IMG/VR virus record: IMGVR_UViG_3300034116_000385
Location: 1 to 39,590 of that record
DNA length: 39,590 nucleotides
Reading direction: 5' to 3' (one strand)
From: a virus
Lineage: Duplodnaviria; Caudoviricetes
Shown here: in pieces, positions 17,237 to 26,189 of the stretch
How positions within the stretch are numbered: position 1 is the stretch's first letter
Layout of the letters: the number at the start of each line of letters is the position of its first letter
The notes under the pieces: generated by a model
What the model was told of the DNA's origin: nothing
The model's input: the letters and a program-made list of their open reading frames with translations, nothing else
Database searches by the model: none
Position numbers and translations under genes: made by a program

Positions 17237-19549
17237 TTAGTTGCCAAAGCTAAAGAAACTTTTTTTCTTTGGAAGCAAAGTTGGATTGTTTAACTGGTCC
17301 CACGTAAATTCAACAGTCTTGCCGTAGTTGTCTACGACCGGTTCAGGAACCCCGTTAGTTTCAACGACAAGTTGAACGCCAGTACTGTTAGCGTTGTTGA
17401 TCCAATAGCTGCGCTTTTCAAGAATCTCATTAAAGGCTTGCTGACGTTTAGCTGGGTCTGCGTTCCCTGGATTCATTGAACCGGGGGCAGCCAGGGTTGT
17501 AAACGTCGTCAAGAGTTTTGAGTCTGTCCTTAGGCGTTCAGTATTGCTGTGAATTTGCTTAGGGTTTAAATTTGACGTCTGCGTGCCGCTGCCAATTCTT
17601 CGCATGGGAACGTAGTAAGTTCCTCCTTCCATGTCGTAGCCTTGGGTAATCGTTTTAAATGCTTTTTCTAACGCGCGTTGACTATCATTTGATCCTGAAG
17701 CTACAAGTTCAGTTGCTGCCATCCTAACTGCCAAAGCCCTTGCTGAGTTGTAAACCTCAAGGCGATCGCTTACGCCTCCAGTAAGTGCGCGTTTATACTT
17801 GTCGCCGATCTGCTTTGAGCGATCATCAAGAGTGTTCCAGCTAACACCTGTGCTCTGCAAGGTGCCCATGTTTTTCTTAACAGTCTCTTGTGGGATAGAC
17901 AAGGAACGAATAATGGCAGGTTCAGCAGCAGTGCCCATCGCGTTGGCCGCCCAAATATATTCAGCCGGCAAAGCATTAGGTCCTGACATTAACTGTCGCC
18001 AAACAATCTGCATTTGCCCTTTGTATTTGCCGTCTTCTCCACTGTACCTTGTGACAAAACTTCTAAGGCGTCGACCTAGGTCTTCCCCTGTCGTTCCTGT
18101 CAGATACGAGCGTTCACGTTCTACTTCGCTATCGCTAAGAACCTTTAATTCGTGATCAGGGACTCCGTCTCGACGTTGAGCAGCAATAACGTAGTCGTTT
18201 GCTTCTCCTTGTTTTCCATCCTTGATAAGTTGAACTACAACGGGGTTTTGCTTGTAGTGCGCAGCAGCATCTCTTTCTCTTTCTGCTAAGATGCTATTGG
18301 CTCTTTGAGCAACACCTTGCTGAACTTTTTCCTCGTCGGCAGCATTGGCTCCTGACGGTTTAAGATTTTTAACGGTCTGCACAATTTCAGCACTTGATTG
18401 CTTAGAAAAGTTGGCTGTAATCCCGTAAATCTTTTTGTTGATCGTTATTTCTCTGTGTGCTTTACTCGCAGTCACAAAAGCCTTTTCTCTGCTTTTAGGG
18501 TCGTTAGGATCAAGCACAGCGTAAACTTTTGCCTCAATTTCCTTAACAGAACCAAAACCACTCGGTGTAGTTCCTGTTAGTGCTGCAGCAACAGCGTCGT
18601 CAAGCTGGGTATCAAGCTCGTACAGTGCCTTGACGTTGATGAATTCTGCTGAAGTTTTACTTGCGTTCAGCAGAATAGCATATTGATCACCGGTAAAACC
18701 GTACAGCTTTTCTAGTTTCCAGCGACCTTCTGGTGTTGAACCTAGTTGTTTAAGTGCAGCATGCGCGGCCTTAGGATCGTCTGAGATCATGCGGCGCCAG
18801 GAAACCTCAGCAACCTTGTTTAAGTTTTCTTTGGCTTTTTGCAAAACACCGGGTCTAGCAATGCCAATGTATTTGTCAGCGTTGTCTGGTTTTTTGCCGA
18901 CAGCCGTGAGGCCCTTCATTGAATCAGGAATGTTTTTCTGATCCATATCGCCTAATACCGTACGCCACACCATCATTGTGCCGTCAAGTTGGGTTGGATC
19001 GTTAGAAACATGCACTGCCGCCTTTTCAAGACCGTCTTGTATTCCAACTTCGACGGCTTGTACGTGGTACCTACTTTGCGCGTCTACGGCTTTGGCCATT
19101 GCGGCTTCTCTAAAACGCAAACCAAACTTTTCAAACTCTGCTCTAAAATACTTGTTCTTATCGGCTAACTGTAAATAAGCCTCGTCTTCAAACAGTTTGT
19201 TAACAATGGTTGAGGTTTTAGTTACAAGGCCGTCAAGGTTTGGATCGGTAAGATCAGCCTTTTGATACTTTGCAACGTTGCGTTCTTCCTCTAAAGAAAG
19301 TTGTTCAAAAGCTTTAGAAAACTTTTCGCCAAGGACTGTCGACGCATAGGCCATATCAAGAGAAGCTTTTTCTTTTTGCTGCTGGTCGTACCACTTGTAA
19401 CCAATTTGAGCCGCCTCGCGAATGTCTTTACCGGTCTGCGCCATACCGGCAGAACCTACGGTAAAGGCTTCTCTTTCACGAGAATCTAATCCCCCCTGAT
19501 AACTAACCGGCAGAGTACCACGTCGTTCGTATGTTGGAATTTTTGGCAT
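17237..19549 (-). CDS. Internal virion (ejection) protein, gp15-like position
   Basis: 770-aa helical protein starting MPKIPTY, directly after the gp14-like gene. Confidence 0.7.
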   Translation of the reverse strand: MPKIPTYERRGTLPVSYQGGLDSREREAFTVGSAGMAQTGKDIREAAQIGYKWYDQQQKEKASLDMAYASTVLGEKFSKAFEQLSLEEERNVAKYQKADLTDPNLDGLVTKTSTIVNKLFEDEAYLQLADKNKYFRAEFEKFGLRFREAAMAKAVDAQSRYHVQAVEVGIQDGLEKAAVHVSNDPTQLDGTMMVWRTVLGDMDQKNIPDSMKGLTAVGKKPDNADKYIGIARPGVLQKAKENLNKVAEVSWRRMISDDPKAAHAALKQLGSTPEGRWKLEKLYGFTGDQYAILLNASKTSAEFINVKALYELDTQLDDAVAAALTGTTPSGFGSVKEIEAKVYAVLDPNDPKSREKAFVTASKAHREITINKKIYGITANFSKQSSAEIVQTVKNLKPSGANAADEEKVQQGVAQRANSILAERERDAAAHYKQNPVVVQLIKDGKQGEANDYVIAAQRRDGVPDHELKVLSDSEVERERSYLTGTTGEDLGRRLRSFVTRYSGEDGKYKGQMQIVWRQLMSGPNALPAEYIWAANAMGTAAEPAIIRSLSIPQETVKKNMGTLQSTGVSWNTLDDRSKQIGDKYKRALTGGVSDRLEVYNSARALAVRMAATELVASGSNDSQRALEKAFKTITQGYDMEGGTYYVPMRRIGSGTQTSNLNPKQIHSNTERLRTDSKLLTTFTTLAAPGSMNPGNADPAKRQQAFNEILEKRSYWINNANSTGVQLVVETNGVPEPVVDNYGKTVEFTWDQLNNPTLLPKKKSFFSFGN

Positions 19550-20079
19550 TATTTACCGCCTTTTAATGGTGCCACAGTTACGTCGCTGCGAGTTGCTTTC
19601 TTGCTTCCCCACACGCCCATGTCGTAACCCATGTAAGCTGTTTGAGCGCTGCCAGTAAGGATTGTCCCAAATGCGGCCGTCTTACCTTGGCGAGCAGACG
19701 CTTCACCTTGGAAGCGAGACATGTTGGCTTCGTCTTGGAAACCTTGAGCTTGCAATTGGCCACCGTACAAAATAGCTAACTGCTCCATTGTGCCTTGAAT
19801 AGTCGTGTCTTCTTGTAAGTCAAGGATCGTACCAGACCTGCCCATACCACTGGCCGCCGCAGCTGCTCGCTGTGAGCCAATGAGGCGGCGAAGACGTGAA
19901 GCTTCTGCTTCTGCCTCATAATTTGCCTTCTCAAGAGCGACTTGCTTATTGCGCTCCATGATCTGAGCGTTGTAGTCTGCCGCCTTTTTAGCGTCTTGGC
20001 CTGCTTGGTATTGTCCGTAGGCTTGCACAGCCGTTCCGACTGCGGCGGCGGCAAGAACCATTGTTGATACTGCTGCCAT
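19549..20079 (-). CDS. Internal virion protein, T7 gp14-like
   Basis: 176 aa, Ala/Gly/Gln-rich, hydrophobic N-terminus, QRAAAAASG motif; gene order. Confidence 0.75.
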   Translation of the reverse strand: MAAVSTMVLAAAAVGTAVQAYGQYQAGQDAKKAADYNAQIMERNKQVALEKANYEAEAEASRLRRLIGSQRAAAAASGMGRSGTILDLQEDTTIQGTMEQLAILYGGQLQAQGFQDEANMSRFQGEASARQGKTAAFGTILTGSAQTAYMGYDMGVWGSKKATRSDVTVAPLKGGK

Positions 20080-20528
20080 CAGTGAACTCCTTTCAGGTGA
20101 GCTCGCTCGACAACTGAGTAGCCGAGTTTATTAAATAGTTTCCCGGCCGGGTAGTCATCAGCTACTCTTAGATCTGACAGGGAAACTACGCTTGCTCCCA
20201 TATTTTTTGCCCAATCCTCAAATGCGTTTAAAAGACGCACGGCAGACATGCCTGACCGATGCTCTTCTTGTATCCACCAACCCAGTTCTATGGCAACCTT
20301 GGTCTTTGGTGAAAACCAAAATTGAGACATCATTCCACAGAGGGCACCTATGATTTTACTGTCTTTTTCCGCAACGAGGATAATTCCGTTGTCGAGTAAA
20401 TTACAAAGCGCCTGAATTAAGTCGTCGTCGTTGATCTGGGTGTGATCGGCAAACATTGAGTAGTCGAGAAACGGCCTTGCCATTTCGACGATAGGATCAA
20501 TGTCAGCAATTGTTGCAGGTCTAATCAT
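20079..20528 (-). CDS. GNAT family acetyltransferase (T7 gp13 position)
   Basis: MIRPATIADI start, WWIQEEHRSG acyl-CoA loop, AFEDWAKNMGA, LFNKLGY. Confidence 0.85.
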   Translation of the reverse strand: MIRPATIADIDPIVEMARPFLDYSMFADHTQINDDDLIQALCNLLDNGIILVAEKDSKIIGALCGMMSQFWFSPKTKVAIELGWWIQEEHRSGMSAVRLLNAFEDWAKNMGASVVSLSDLRVADDYPAGKLFNKLGYSVVERAHLKGVH

Positions 20529-22561
20529 CGCTCAGACACCGTCATTGCGTACATGATCGCCAAGATCGTACAGGGGTGAGGCGTGTCAGACTGTACAAGC
20601 AACTCAAACTGACGCTCAGGAGCATGCTGGACTAACACTCGTTTGTCCCCTGTGAACAATCTGATTGAACCCATAGGCATAGCACCAGACCGGAAAGGAA
20701 TGATCTCTAGGGCCCCTCCGTTAGCCGAGAACTTCAAGTTAAACGTGTCCACAAGCCTGAAAGTAACGCGTTCAATGCGGCGAATCTTGCCCTGGGAAGG
20801 ACCTGTCTGAGTCTGAACCTCTGGATCAAGGGTTCGTATCCTGGCTACGTAAGGCAGACCCACGCTAACCTTTGACGCCAAGCGAGCAAGAGAAATAGAA
20901 CCAGAACTAACTACGCGGTCTGGGTGGACGGCACCGTCAGCTAGAATTTGAACTGTCTCACCTTCAAGGTGATCAAGGCCGGCCAAGACGTCGACTGGAG
21001 GACCGTCGTAGCTAATGCCGCTATCGATAAAGAACGCGTCCTCAACAACCATGCCCTTTGCCGTATCAAAGGATTTTTCTAAATACTCGACATACTGCAC
21101 GGTCGAACCGTCGATGGTTCGTTCAACGATCATGTACAGAACCTCTTCTGACTCGTCGTTCTTAGGAATCACCGCAATACTTTTAACGACGACATCTGCG
21201 CCGCCAATAATGTGCCGGTGCCAAGCTACCACCTCTTGATCTGGCTCGTACGTTAAACAGCGAAGTTCGCCTGTCTGCAACAGCGTCCACACTAGGTTGT
21301 CTGGTGAACGAGCATAGGCAATCTGCTTGACGTTACCTGTTGTAATGTGTTCAGCAAGCAGCGTAAGGTCAACAGAGGCATACCCGTCAATGTTGATGTC
21401 ATATGATAACTCACGCACTTTTAGACGTGAACGGTCAATATATAGTGTGGTCCTACTAGCACCTACAGGGCGTTCATTAGCAGTGCCGTCAGTGGTTTCA
21501 CGAGAGATAGTTGAGTTTGATGGCGTCAACGCCTCGTAGTTTCGACCGGCAGACAAAATGAATGGACCGTCTGAGGTGCCTAGCTGCAAACGCTTCTCGC
21601 CGTAAATCCAGCGAATGGCGTTCACCTGGTCAGTCGCCAAGGTGAAACTAAGCGCCGAGTCGTCAAGCACCTCTGCCTTTGCATTTGACGGGCTAAACGT
21701 GGCAAACTCGCCCGTACGCGTTCCCCAAATAGTAGCTGGCTTAGAATTGCTTGCAGCAAAGAACAACCGCTCTTGGAAGAACGCGATGCACGACGGCCAA
21801 CCAAGGGTATTTGACCAAGCGCCTAGGCGCCAGTCTTTAGTAGCGTTGCCACCACCTGTTGAACCAAAAGGAAAGTCTGCGTCGACAACCACCGTAATAG
21901 TTGTTGGGTTTGTATAGGCAGTAATCTTAGCTGCTCCCCAAACAGCTGGTGAACCGTTTTTAAAACGAAACCAGCGACCAACGTCGGTGGCGGCAAAAAC
22001 GCCGCTACTCGCCGTAACCGTTGCAGTGCCGGTAAGGTGCGATACGTGACAAGTAATGGCCGTCCTGTTAACCTCGTTGTATGGGCCATCCCGCGGCTCG
22101 TAAAGATCTAAGGACCAGTTAGTAGGTCCTAAACGATTAAGCGTTCTTGGTTGATAATCCTTATGAACAAGATACAGCACGTCAGCTGACTGCGTAAAGT
22201 CAAGATCGTCAAGATCATCTTCTGTGTACGGAGTAATCAGTTCATACGGAGCCGTACCTGCGGCATTTAGCAACACAGCTTCATTGCGGTAAAAGCGAAT
22301 GTACAGGTGACCAAACTCGACAATGTACGCTTGCTCAGTTGAGAAGATGAACGGAACAATCTTCGTCTTTTTGTCGGCAAATTTTGTTGGAGCGAGGTAA
22401 CGGGTTCCTGAGCGCTTAGTAACGCCGCCATGAGGAAAGATAATGTAGTTCTCGCAGCGCTCAATCGACGTTGCGTATTTTTGCAAGTCAACACGACCGT
22501 ACAAGCGAGGAGAAATCTCCCCACCGGTAAAGTTAGTTTGAATTGGCGTTGTACGTGACAT
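20525..22561 (-). CDS. Tail tubular protein B / nozzle (T7 gp12-like)
   Basis: QTNFTGGEISPRLYGRVD, GGVTKRSGT, FTQSADVL, WPSCIAFFQERL and VVAWHRH motifs. Confidence 0.9.
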   Translation of the reverse strand: MSRTTPIQTNFTGGEISPRLYGRVDLQKYATSIERCENYIIFPHGGVTKRSGTRYLAPTKFADKKTKIVPFIFSTEQAYIVEFGHLYIRFYRNEAVLLNAAGTAPYELITPYTEDDLDDLDFTQSADVLYLVHKDYQPRTLNRLGPTNWSLDLYEPRDGPYNEVNRTAITCHVSHLTGTATVTASSGVFAATDVGRWFRFKNGSPAVWGAAKITAYTNPTTITVVVDADFPFGSTGGGNATKDWRLGAWSNTLGWPSCIAFFQERLFFAASNSKPATIWGTRTGEFATFSPSNAKAEVLDDSALSFTLATDQVNAIRWIYGEKRLQLGTSDGPFILSAGRNYEALTPSNSTISRETTDGTANERPVGASRTTLYIDRSRLKVRELSYDINIDGYASVDLTLLAEHITTGNVKQIAYARSPDNLVWTLLQTGELRCLTYEPDQEVVAWHRHIIGGADVVVKSIAVIPKNDESEEVLYMIVERTIDGSTVQYVEYLEKSFDTAKGMVVEDAFFIDSGISYDGPPVDVLAGLDHLEGETVQILADGAVHPDRVVSSGSISLARLASKVSVGLPYVARIRTLDPEVQTQTGPSQGKIRRIERVTFRLVDTFNLKFSANGGALEIIPFRSGAMPMGSIRLFTGDKRVLVQHAPERQFELLVQSDTPHPCTILAIMYAMTVSER

Positions 22562-22564
22562 TGT

Positions 22565-23164
22565 TTACCACCTTGGAGGAACGCCTAACCGCGAATCAGC
22601 AATGCCAAATCGGCTGTTAAGCCAGTAGTCAGCATCAAGAACTTCTTGTGAATTTTCTTGAGCATCAACAAATTTAGCTTCACGCAGCTTTAGCTCATAA
22701 AGCTGCCACATCTGTTCCATCGTACTTGACGATTGAAGTAGAGGATGCGCAAGGTCCGCCGCTAAGCGAGCAGCCAATGCATCAACTAACAAGGTATCGT
22801 AGCTCGGTACGTCTGTTAGGAGTGCGATGTATTTTATTTTTAGATTGTCGCCGTCGTATAGAATACGGCGAGACTCAATTGAGTAACGACCATTCACGTC
22901 TTCAAGCGTGAGTAGTCTTAGAAAATCTGCTGGCAACACGAATTGATGACTAAACTCGTAAGCTGGAATTACATTGTCAAGAGGCAAAGCGACACGACGA
23001 ACCAAACAATTCCAAGGGTGAGCGCGAAACACCGCTGCTCTTGAGTCATCGTAAAGACGACGAGCAGTTGATGCTGCCTTAGTAGGATCAGACAACGAGT
23101 TGACTGGATCAACGCCCAGTAATGTGAGTGACCTGTTTACTACTTCAATGTCTGATGCTGCCAT
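22565..23164 (-). CDS. Tail tubular protein A / adaptor (T7 gp11-like)
   Basis: N.SL.LLG, HPWNC, LPADFLR and LAARLA motifs; gene order. Confidence 0.88.
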   Translation of the reverse strand: MAASDIEVVNRSLTLLGVDPVNSLSDPTKAASTARRLYDDSRAAVFRAHPWNCLVRRVALPLDNVIPAYEFSHQFVLPADFLRLLTLEDVNGRYSIESRRILYDGDNLKIKYIALLTDVPSYDTLLVDALAARLAADLAHPLLQSSSTMEQMWQLYELKLREAKFVDAQENSQEVLDADYWLNSRFGIADSRLGVPPRW

Positions 23165-23175
23165 GTGTTTCTCCT

Positions 23176-23216
23176 AACAAAAACGGGAGACCAAGCCTTA
23201 CGGCCCGATCCCCCGC
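23176..23216 (-). terminator. Rho-independent terminator after the capsid genes
   Basis: Minus strand GCGGGGGATCGGGCC-GTAA-GGCTTGGTCTCCCGT-TTTTGTT: long stem, GNRA loop and U tract. Confidence 0.85.
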
Positions 23217-23236
23217 ACTACCGGTTTTCCTCTGAC

Positions 23237-23689
23237 TTAGTCTAGTGTGTACAGGATCTGACCGTTCAAAGTGGCGCCGTCTGGGATCGTACCACCGGTG
23301 ATAGTTGCTCGCACAGTCAAACCAGTCTTGCTAGACAGTTTAGACGATGCAACACCGTTGACAGTACCAGCGGTAGCAACTGATGTGTTCGCCAAGAAGG
23401 CATCATCATCAGCGGCAACAGCCGTGTTTGAAAGGTTAGTGTAGCCTGTGTGACCGACTTTAACGACGCGCGAAGCGCCAAGTGCTGAGTTGACAATCTG
23501 CACACCAAGGATGCGCACAGTGCCAGCAGGCATTTGGCAAAGAGTCACGGTGTCGCCATCTGCGCCTGCGCCTGACTGAGTAAAGTCAAACGCACGAACG
23601 CGAACGCGACCATGCTCATCGCACACGTCATTCATCGTCGCAGGAACGGTCTGTGTGTTACCGTATTGCGTGCTGTTTTGATTAGCCAT
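23237..23689 (-). CDS. Capsid decoration/cement protein (probable)
   Basis: CAGGAGG RBS before the ATG at 23689; small beta-rich protein between the major capsid gene and the terminator. Confidence 0.7.
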   Translation of the reverse strand: MANQNSTQYGNTQTVPATMNDVCDEHGRVRVRAFDFTQSGAGADGDTVTLCQMPAGTVRILGVQIVNSALGASRVVKVGHTGYTNLSNTAVAADDDAFLANTSVATAGTVNGVASSKLSSKTGLTVRATITGGTIPDGATLNGQILYTLD

Positions 23690-23715
23690 AATAAATATTC
23701 CTCCTGTTATGGGCA

Positions 23716-24600
23716 TTATTCAGCGCAGATGATCTCAACTACTTTCTCTTCTTCCATACGGGTTGCACCGAAGGAAGCTGAGACGTAGACTTGAGTCGAA
23801 TTGCGCTTGTCGCGACGAGGACCGATGTCAGTAATAATGTCCTGACCAACAGCAACGAGCAGACCTGATTGAGCCCAGGCAACTACGCGACGGTGGTTAG
23901 AAGCATTGGTACGAACGAGTTCGGTGCGGACAAATTCAAAACCCATGAAAGTGTTGAGCTCACCCTGTACCAACGCGCGAACTGTGTTGTAGTCTGCGCT
24001 AGATACTTCGGTTGTTTTCAACAGATCAGTCACTTGTTTTGCCGTAACTGCGATATAACGACGCTCGGTAGGATCTACCTCGTTTGCGTCAAGGATTTGT
24101 TTTGCCTTGCGCAGCTTAGCGATAGTCAAACCAGAGTTAGCAGCAACACCAGACTCAACATAGTCAACAGCAACTTGTTGCGTGTTTGGGAAAGTCACGG
24201 TGGTAGCACCGGTTTTGCCTGTGTAGACAGAACCGAAAGCGGCGTCAAGAATCACTTCGTCCATCTTACGACCAAGCGCATAAGCAGCGTTTTGGCTATA
24301 AGGTGAGCTAGGATCAATCAGCATACGAATGCGATCAGGACGGTCGATCAAGTCAGCCCAGTCGAAATCGCGCAATGAAACGCGACGGCGATCATGTGGG
24401 ACGTTGATCAAGGGGGTATCTTGATGGCGGCCGGTAACCTCTTGAGCAGTGGTCGCACCAATGCGATCGTAGAACTCAAACTCAGCATTTTGAGTTTCAG
24501 CACGTACGAGAGCACGCAGACGCGAGCCTTTCTGCTGGACAAGGTGTTCAACGTTGGCACGGTACTGCTGTACAAATGCCGTAGTGATTTGAATGGACAT
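23716..24600 (-). CDS. Major capsid protein
   Basis: FVQQY...QQKGSRLR, YALGRKMDEVI, GELNTFMGFEF, GATRMEEEKVV; strong GAGGAGG RBS; follows the scaffold region. Confidence 0.92.
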   Translation of the reverse strand: MSIQITTAFVQQYRANVEHLVQQKGSRLRALVRAETQNAEFEFYDRIGATTAQEVTGRHQDTPLINVPHDRRRVSLRDFDWADLIDRPDRIRMLIDPSSPYSQNAAYALGRKMDEVILDAAFGSVYTGKTGATTVTFPNTQQVAVDYVESGVAANSGLTIAKLRKAKQILDANEVDPTERRYIAVTAKQVTDLLKTTEVSSADYNTVRALVQGELNTFMGFEFVRTELVRTNASNHRRVVAWAQSGLLVAVGQDIITDIGPRRDKRNSTQVYVSASFGATRMEEEKVVEIICAE

Positions 24601-24644
24601 TATGTCCTCCTCATTCAGTTAAAAGTTAAAAAACACGTTTGCTC

Positions 24645-24721
24645 GCAGAGGCTGCCCAAAATCGGACCCCCACATACCCTTATGGCTAGGCGATGCCCAC
24701 GGACCCTTTCGGGTTGCCCGT
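24645..24721 (-). promoter_or_regulatory. Structured 5' leader of the major capsid gene (two bulged hairpins)
   Basis: Hairpins ACGGG-CAA-CCC-GAAA-GGG-UCCGU (24699-24721) and GUGGGGG-UCC-GAUUUU-GGG-CAG-CCUCUGC (24645-24673); TATTAT -10-like hexamer at 24728-24733 just upstream. Confidence 0.55.
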
Positions 24722-24755
24722 AAGTAGATAATACAGCAAAAACCGGAAAAATGAA

Positions 24756-25079
24756 CTAGCCCAGCATCTTGCTTTTACCCATTCTGCTATCTTTGTTTCG
24801 GACAGTAGTCGCGTCCATGTTAACCGTATTGAAGTCGGCCTTCATTTCTCGCTGGACTTTTTTCACAACGTCATCAACGTCGTTGTTTACCGTCTTTTGT
24901 TTTAGCCGCTCAGCAAGGCGATCGGACATGCTTTTCTGAACGTCTGATGGCAAAGACGTCGACTTGACGGCTTCTCGGATAACCTGTTCCTTCTTAATCT
25001 CTTGAGAAGGCAGGGCATTCGTGACCATTTGCTGAAGTTCTTCTAGGTCCTTAGAGTTCTTGCTGAGCAGGGTTTTCAT
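24756..25079 (-). CDS. Hypothetical Lys-rich helical protein
   Basis: 107-aa ORF filling the gap between the scaffold and capsid genes, starting 2 nt after the scaffold stop. Confidence 0.6.
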   Translation of the reverse strand: MKTLLSKNSKDLEELQQMVTNALPSQEIKKEQVIREAVKSTSLPSDVQKSMSDRLAERLKQKTVNNDVDDVVKKVQREMKADFNTVNMDATTVRNKDSRMGKSKMLG

Positions 25080-25081
25080 AG

Positions 25082-25936
25082 TTACTGTGCCTCGTCTGGG
25101 TAAGCGAAGCCAAATAGGTCTTGCATCTTCTTCACAGCTTCCGCGTGACCGGTGGCTCCTGGGGTCATGTAGGATGTCATAAAGTCCTTGTCTCGCTGCA
25201 TGCGAGCGATCTCTTGGCGAGCACTGTCAGGAGTCATTGTCCAACCTCGAGATTGTCCTGGGGTTGCCAAGGCTTCTTGCATCTGCTGACCAATCTTTGC
25301 AAACATCTTCACAAACATCGGATGATCGCCGAGACCTGTCTGGTCTAGCCACTGCATAAGCTCTTGACCACCAAAAGTTTCAACAGCACGAACAGCAAGG
25401 TCTACTCGCTCATCAAAGGCTTTGCCAAACTCGCGCTTCACTTCGCTAACCCACTGTTCGCGGCTAGCTTGACCGTTCTGCGTAATGGCTTGGTGCTGCT
25501 CGCCAACGTAGCCCATGTAGTCTTTGAAAAGACCCTCAGCTTGTTTTTGAGTAAGGCCGTGCGAATGAAAGATCTTTTTAAAGCGGTCAAGAGACGCTGG
25601 ATCAAACTCAAGACCGTCTGGCACTACGCCATTTGGCTCAAGCTTGTAGTTGCCATCGCCAGGACGACCAAGTCGTTCATAAAACATATCCCACTCAGAA
25701 GGATCTGCGCCTTCTACTGGAATAGAAACCTTGTCCTTGCCGATCATGCGCTGAGCATGGACGTACGATTTTGCAAGACCGTTCAGGTCTTTGATGTCTG
25801 CCAGAGTGGGATCTGCGCGCAACGTTTCATCTAAAGAAGCTCGCCAATCCATCGCTGAACCGGCAGAGCTGCCCCCAGCGTCACCAGCACCTACGGCGCC
25901 AGCGTCACCCATGGACCCTCCGTTCATATCACTCAT
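25082..25936 (-). CDS. Capsid scaffolding/assembly protein
   Basis: LAKSY..AQRMIG, FYERLGRP, GLTQKQA and GLGDHP motifs; lies between portal and capsid. Confidence 0.85.
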   Translation of the reverse strand: MSDMNGGSMGDAGAVGAGDAGGSSAGSAMDWRASLDETLRADPTLADIKDLNGLAKSYVHAQRMIGKDKVSIPVEGADPSEWDMFYERLGRPGDGNYKLEPNGVVPDGLEFDPASLDRFKKIFHSHGLTQKQAEGLFKDYMGYVGEQHQAITQNGQASREQWVSEVKREFGKAFDERVDLAVRAVETFGGQELMQWLDQTGLGDHPMFVKMFAKIGQQMQEALATPGQSRGWTMTPDSARQEIARMQRDKDFMTSYMTPGATGHAEAVKKMQDLFGFAYPDEAQ

Positions 25937-26189
25937 TGTTTAACTCCTCAAGTCGTTTCAAAAGTTGCCTTGCGTCTCTTTCCAAAAAACGCAAAATGCT
26001 AAGCACCAAGCGACGCTGACCTTCACGGTGCGCCGTCTCAGTAGGATCACCCGACACGTACGTGGTATCGCCGATGAACCCAACTTTGCAGAGGTGTTCA
26101 AGCACACGTTCGCCATCAGGCGTGGAAAAGATTTTCTTGTAGCTGTCTTGCAACTCTACCGGATTAAACTGGCGGGGCATTCTGCTCAA
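25929..26189 (-). CDS. Small head-module protein (Bbp19-like)
   Basis: YKKIFSTPDGERVLEHL...EGQRRLVLSI pattern directly after the portal gene. Confidence 0.75.
   Translation of the reverse strand: MSRMPRQFNPVELQDSYKKIFSTPDGERVLEHLCKVGFIGDTTYVSGDPTETAHREGQRRLVLSILRFLERDARQLLKRLEELNNE

Noticed and set aside
23690-23716. Longer decoration protein starting at 23716, or a capsid read-through/frameshift extension
   Set aside because: A strong CAGGAGG RBS precedes the ATG at 23689, and no slippery sequence is evident at the capsid end.
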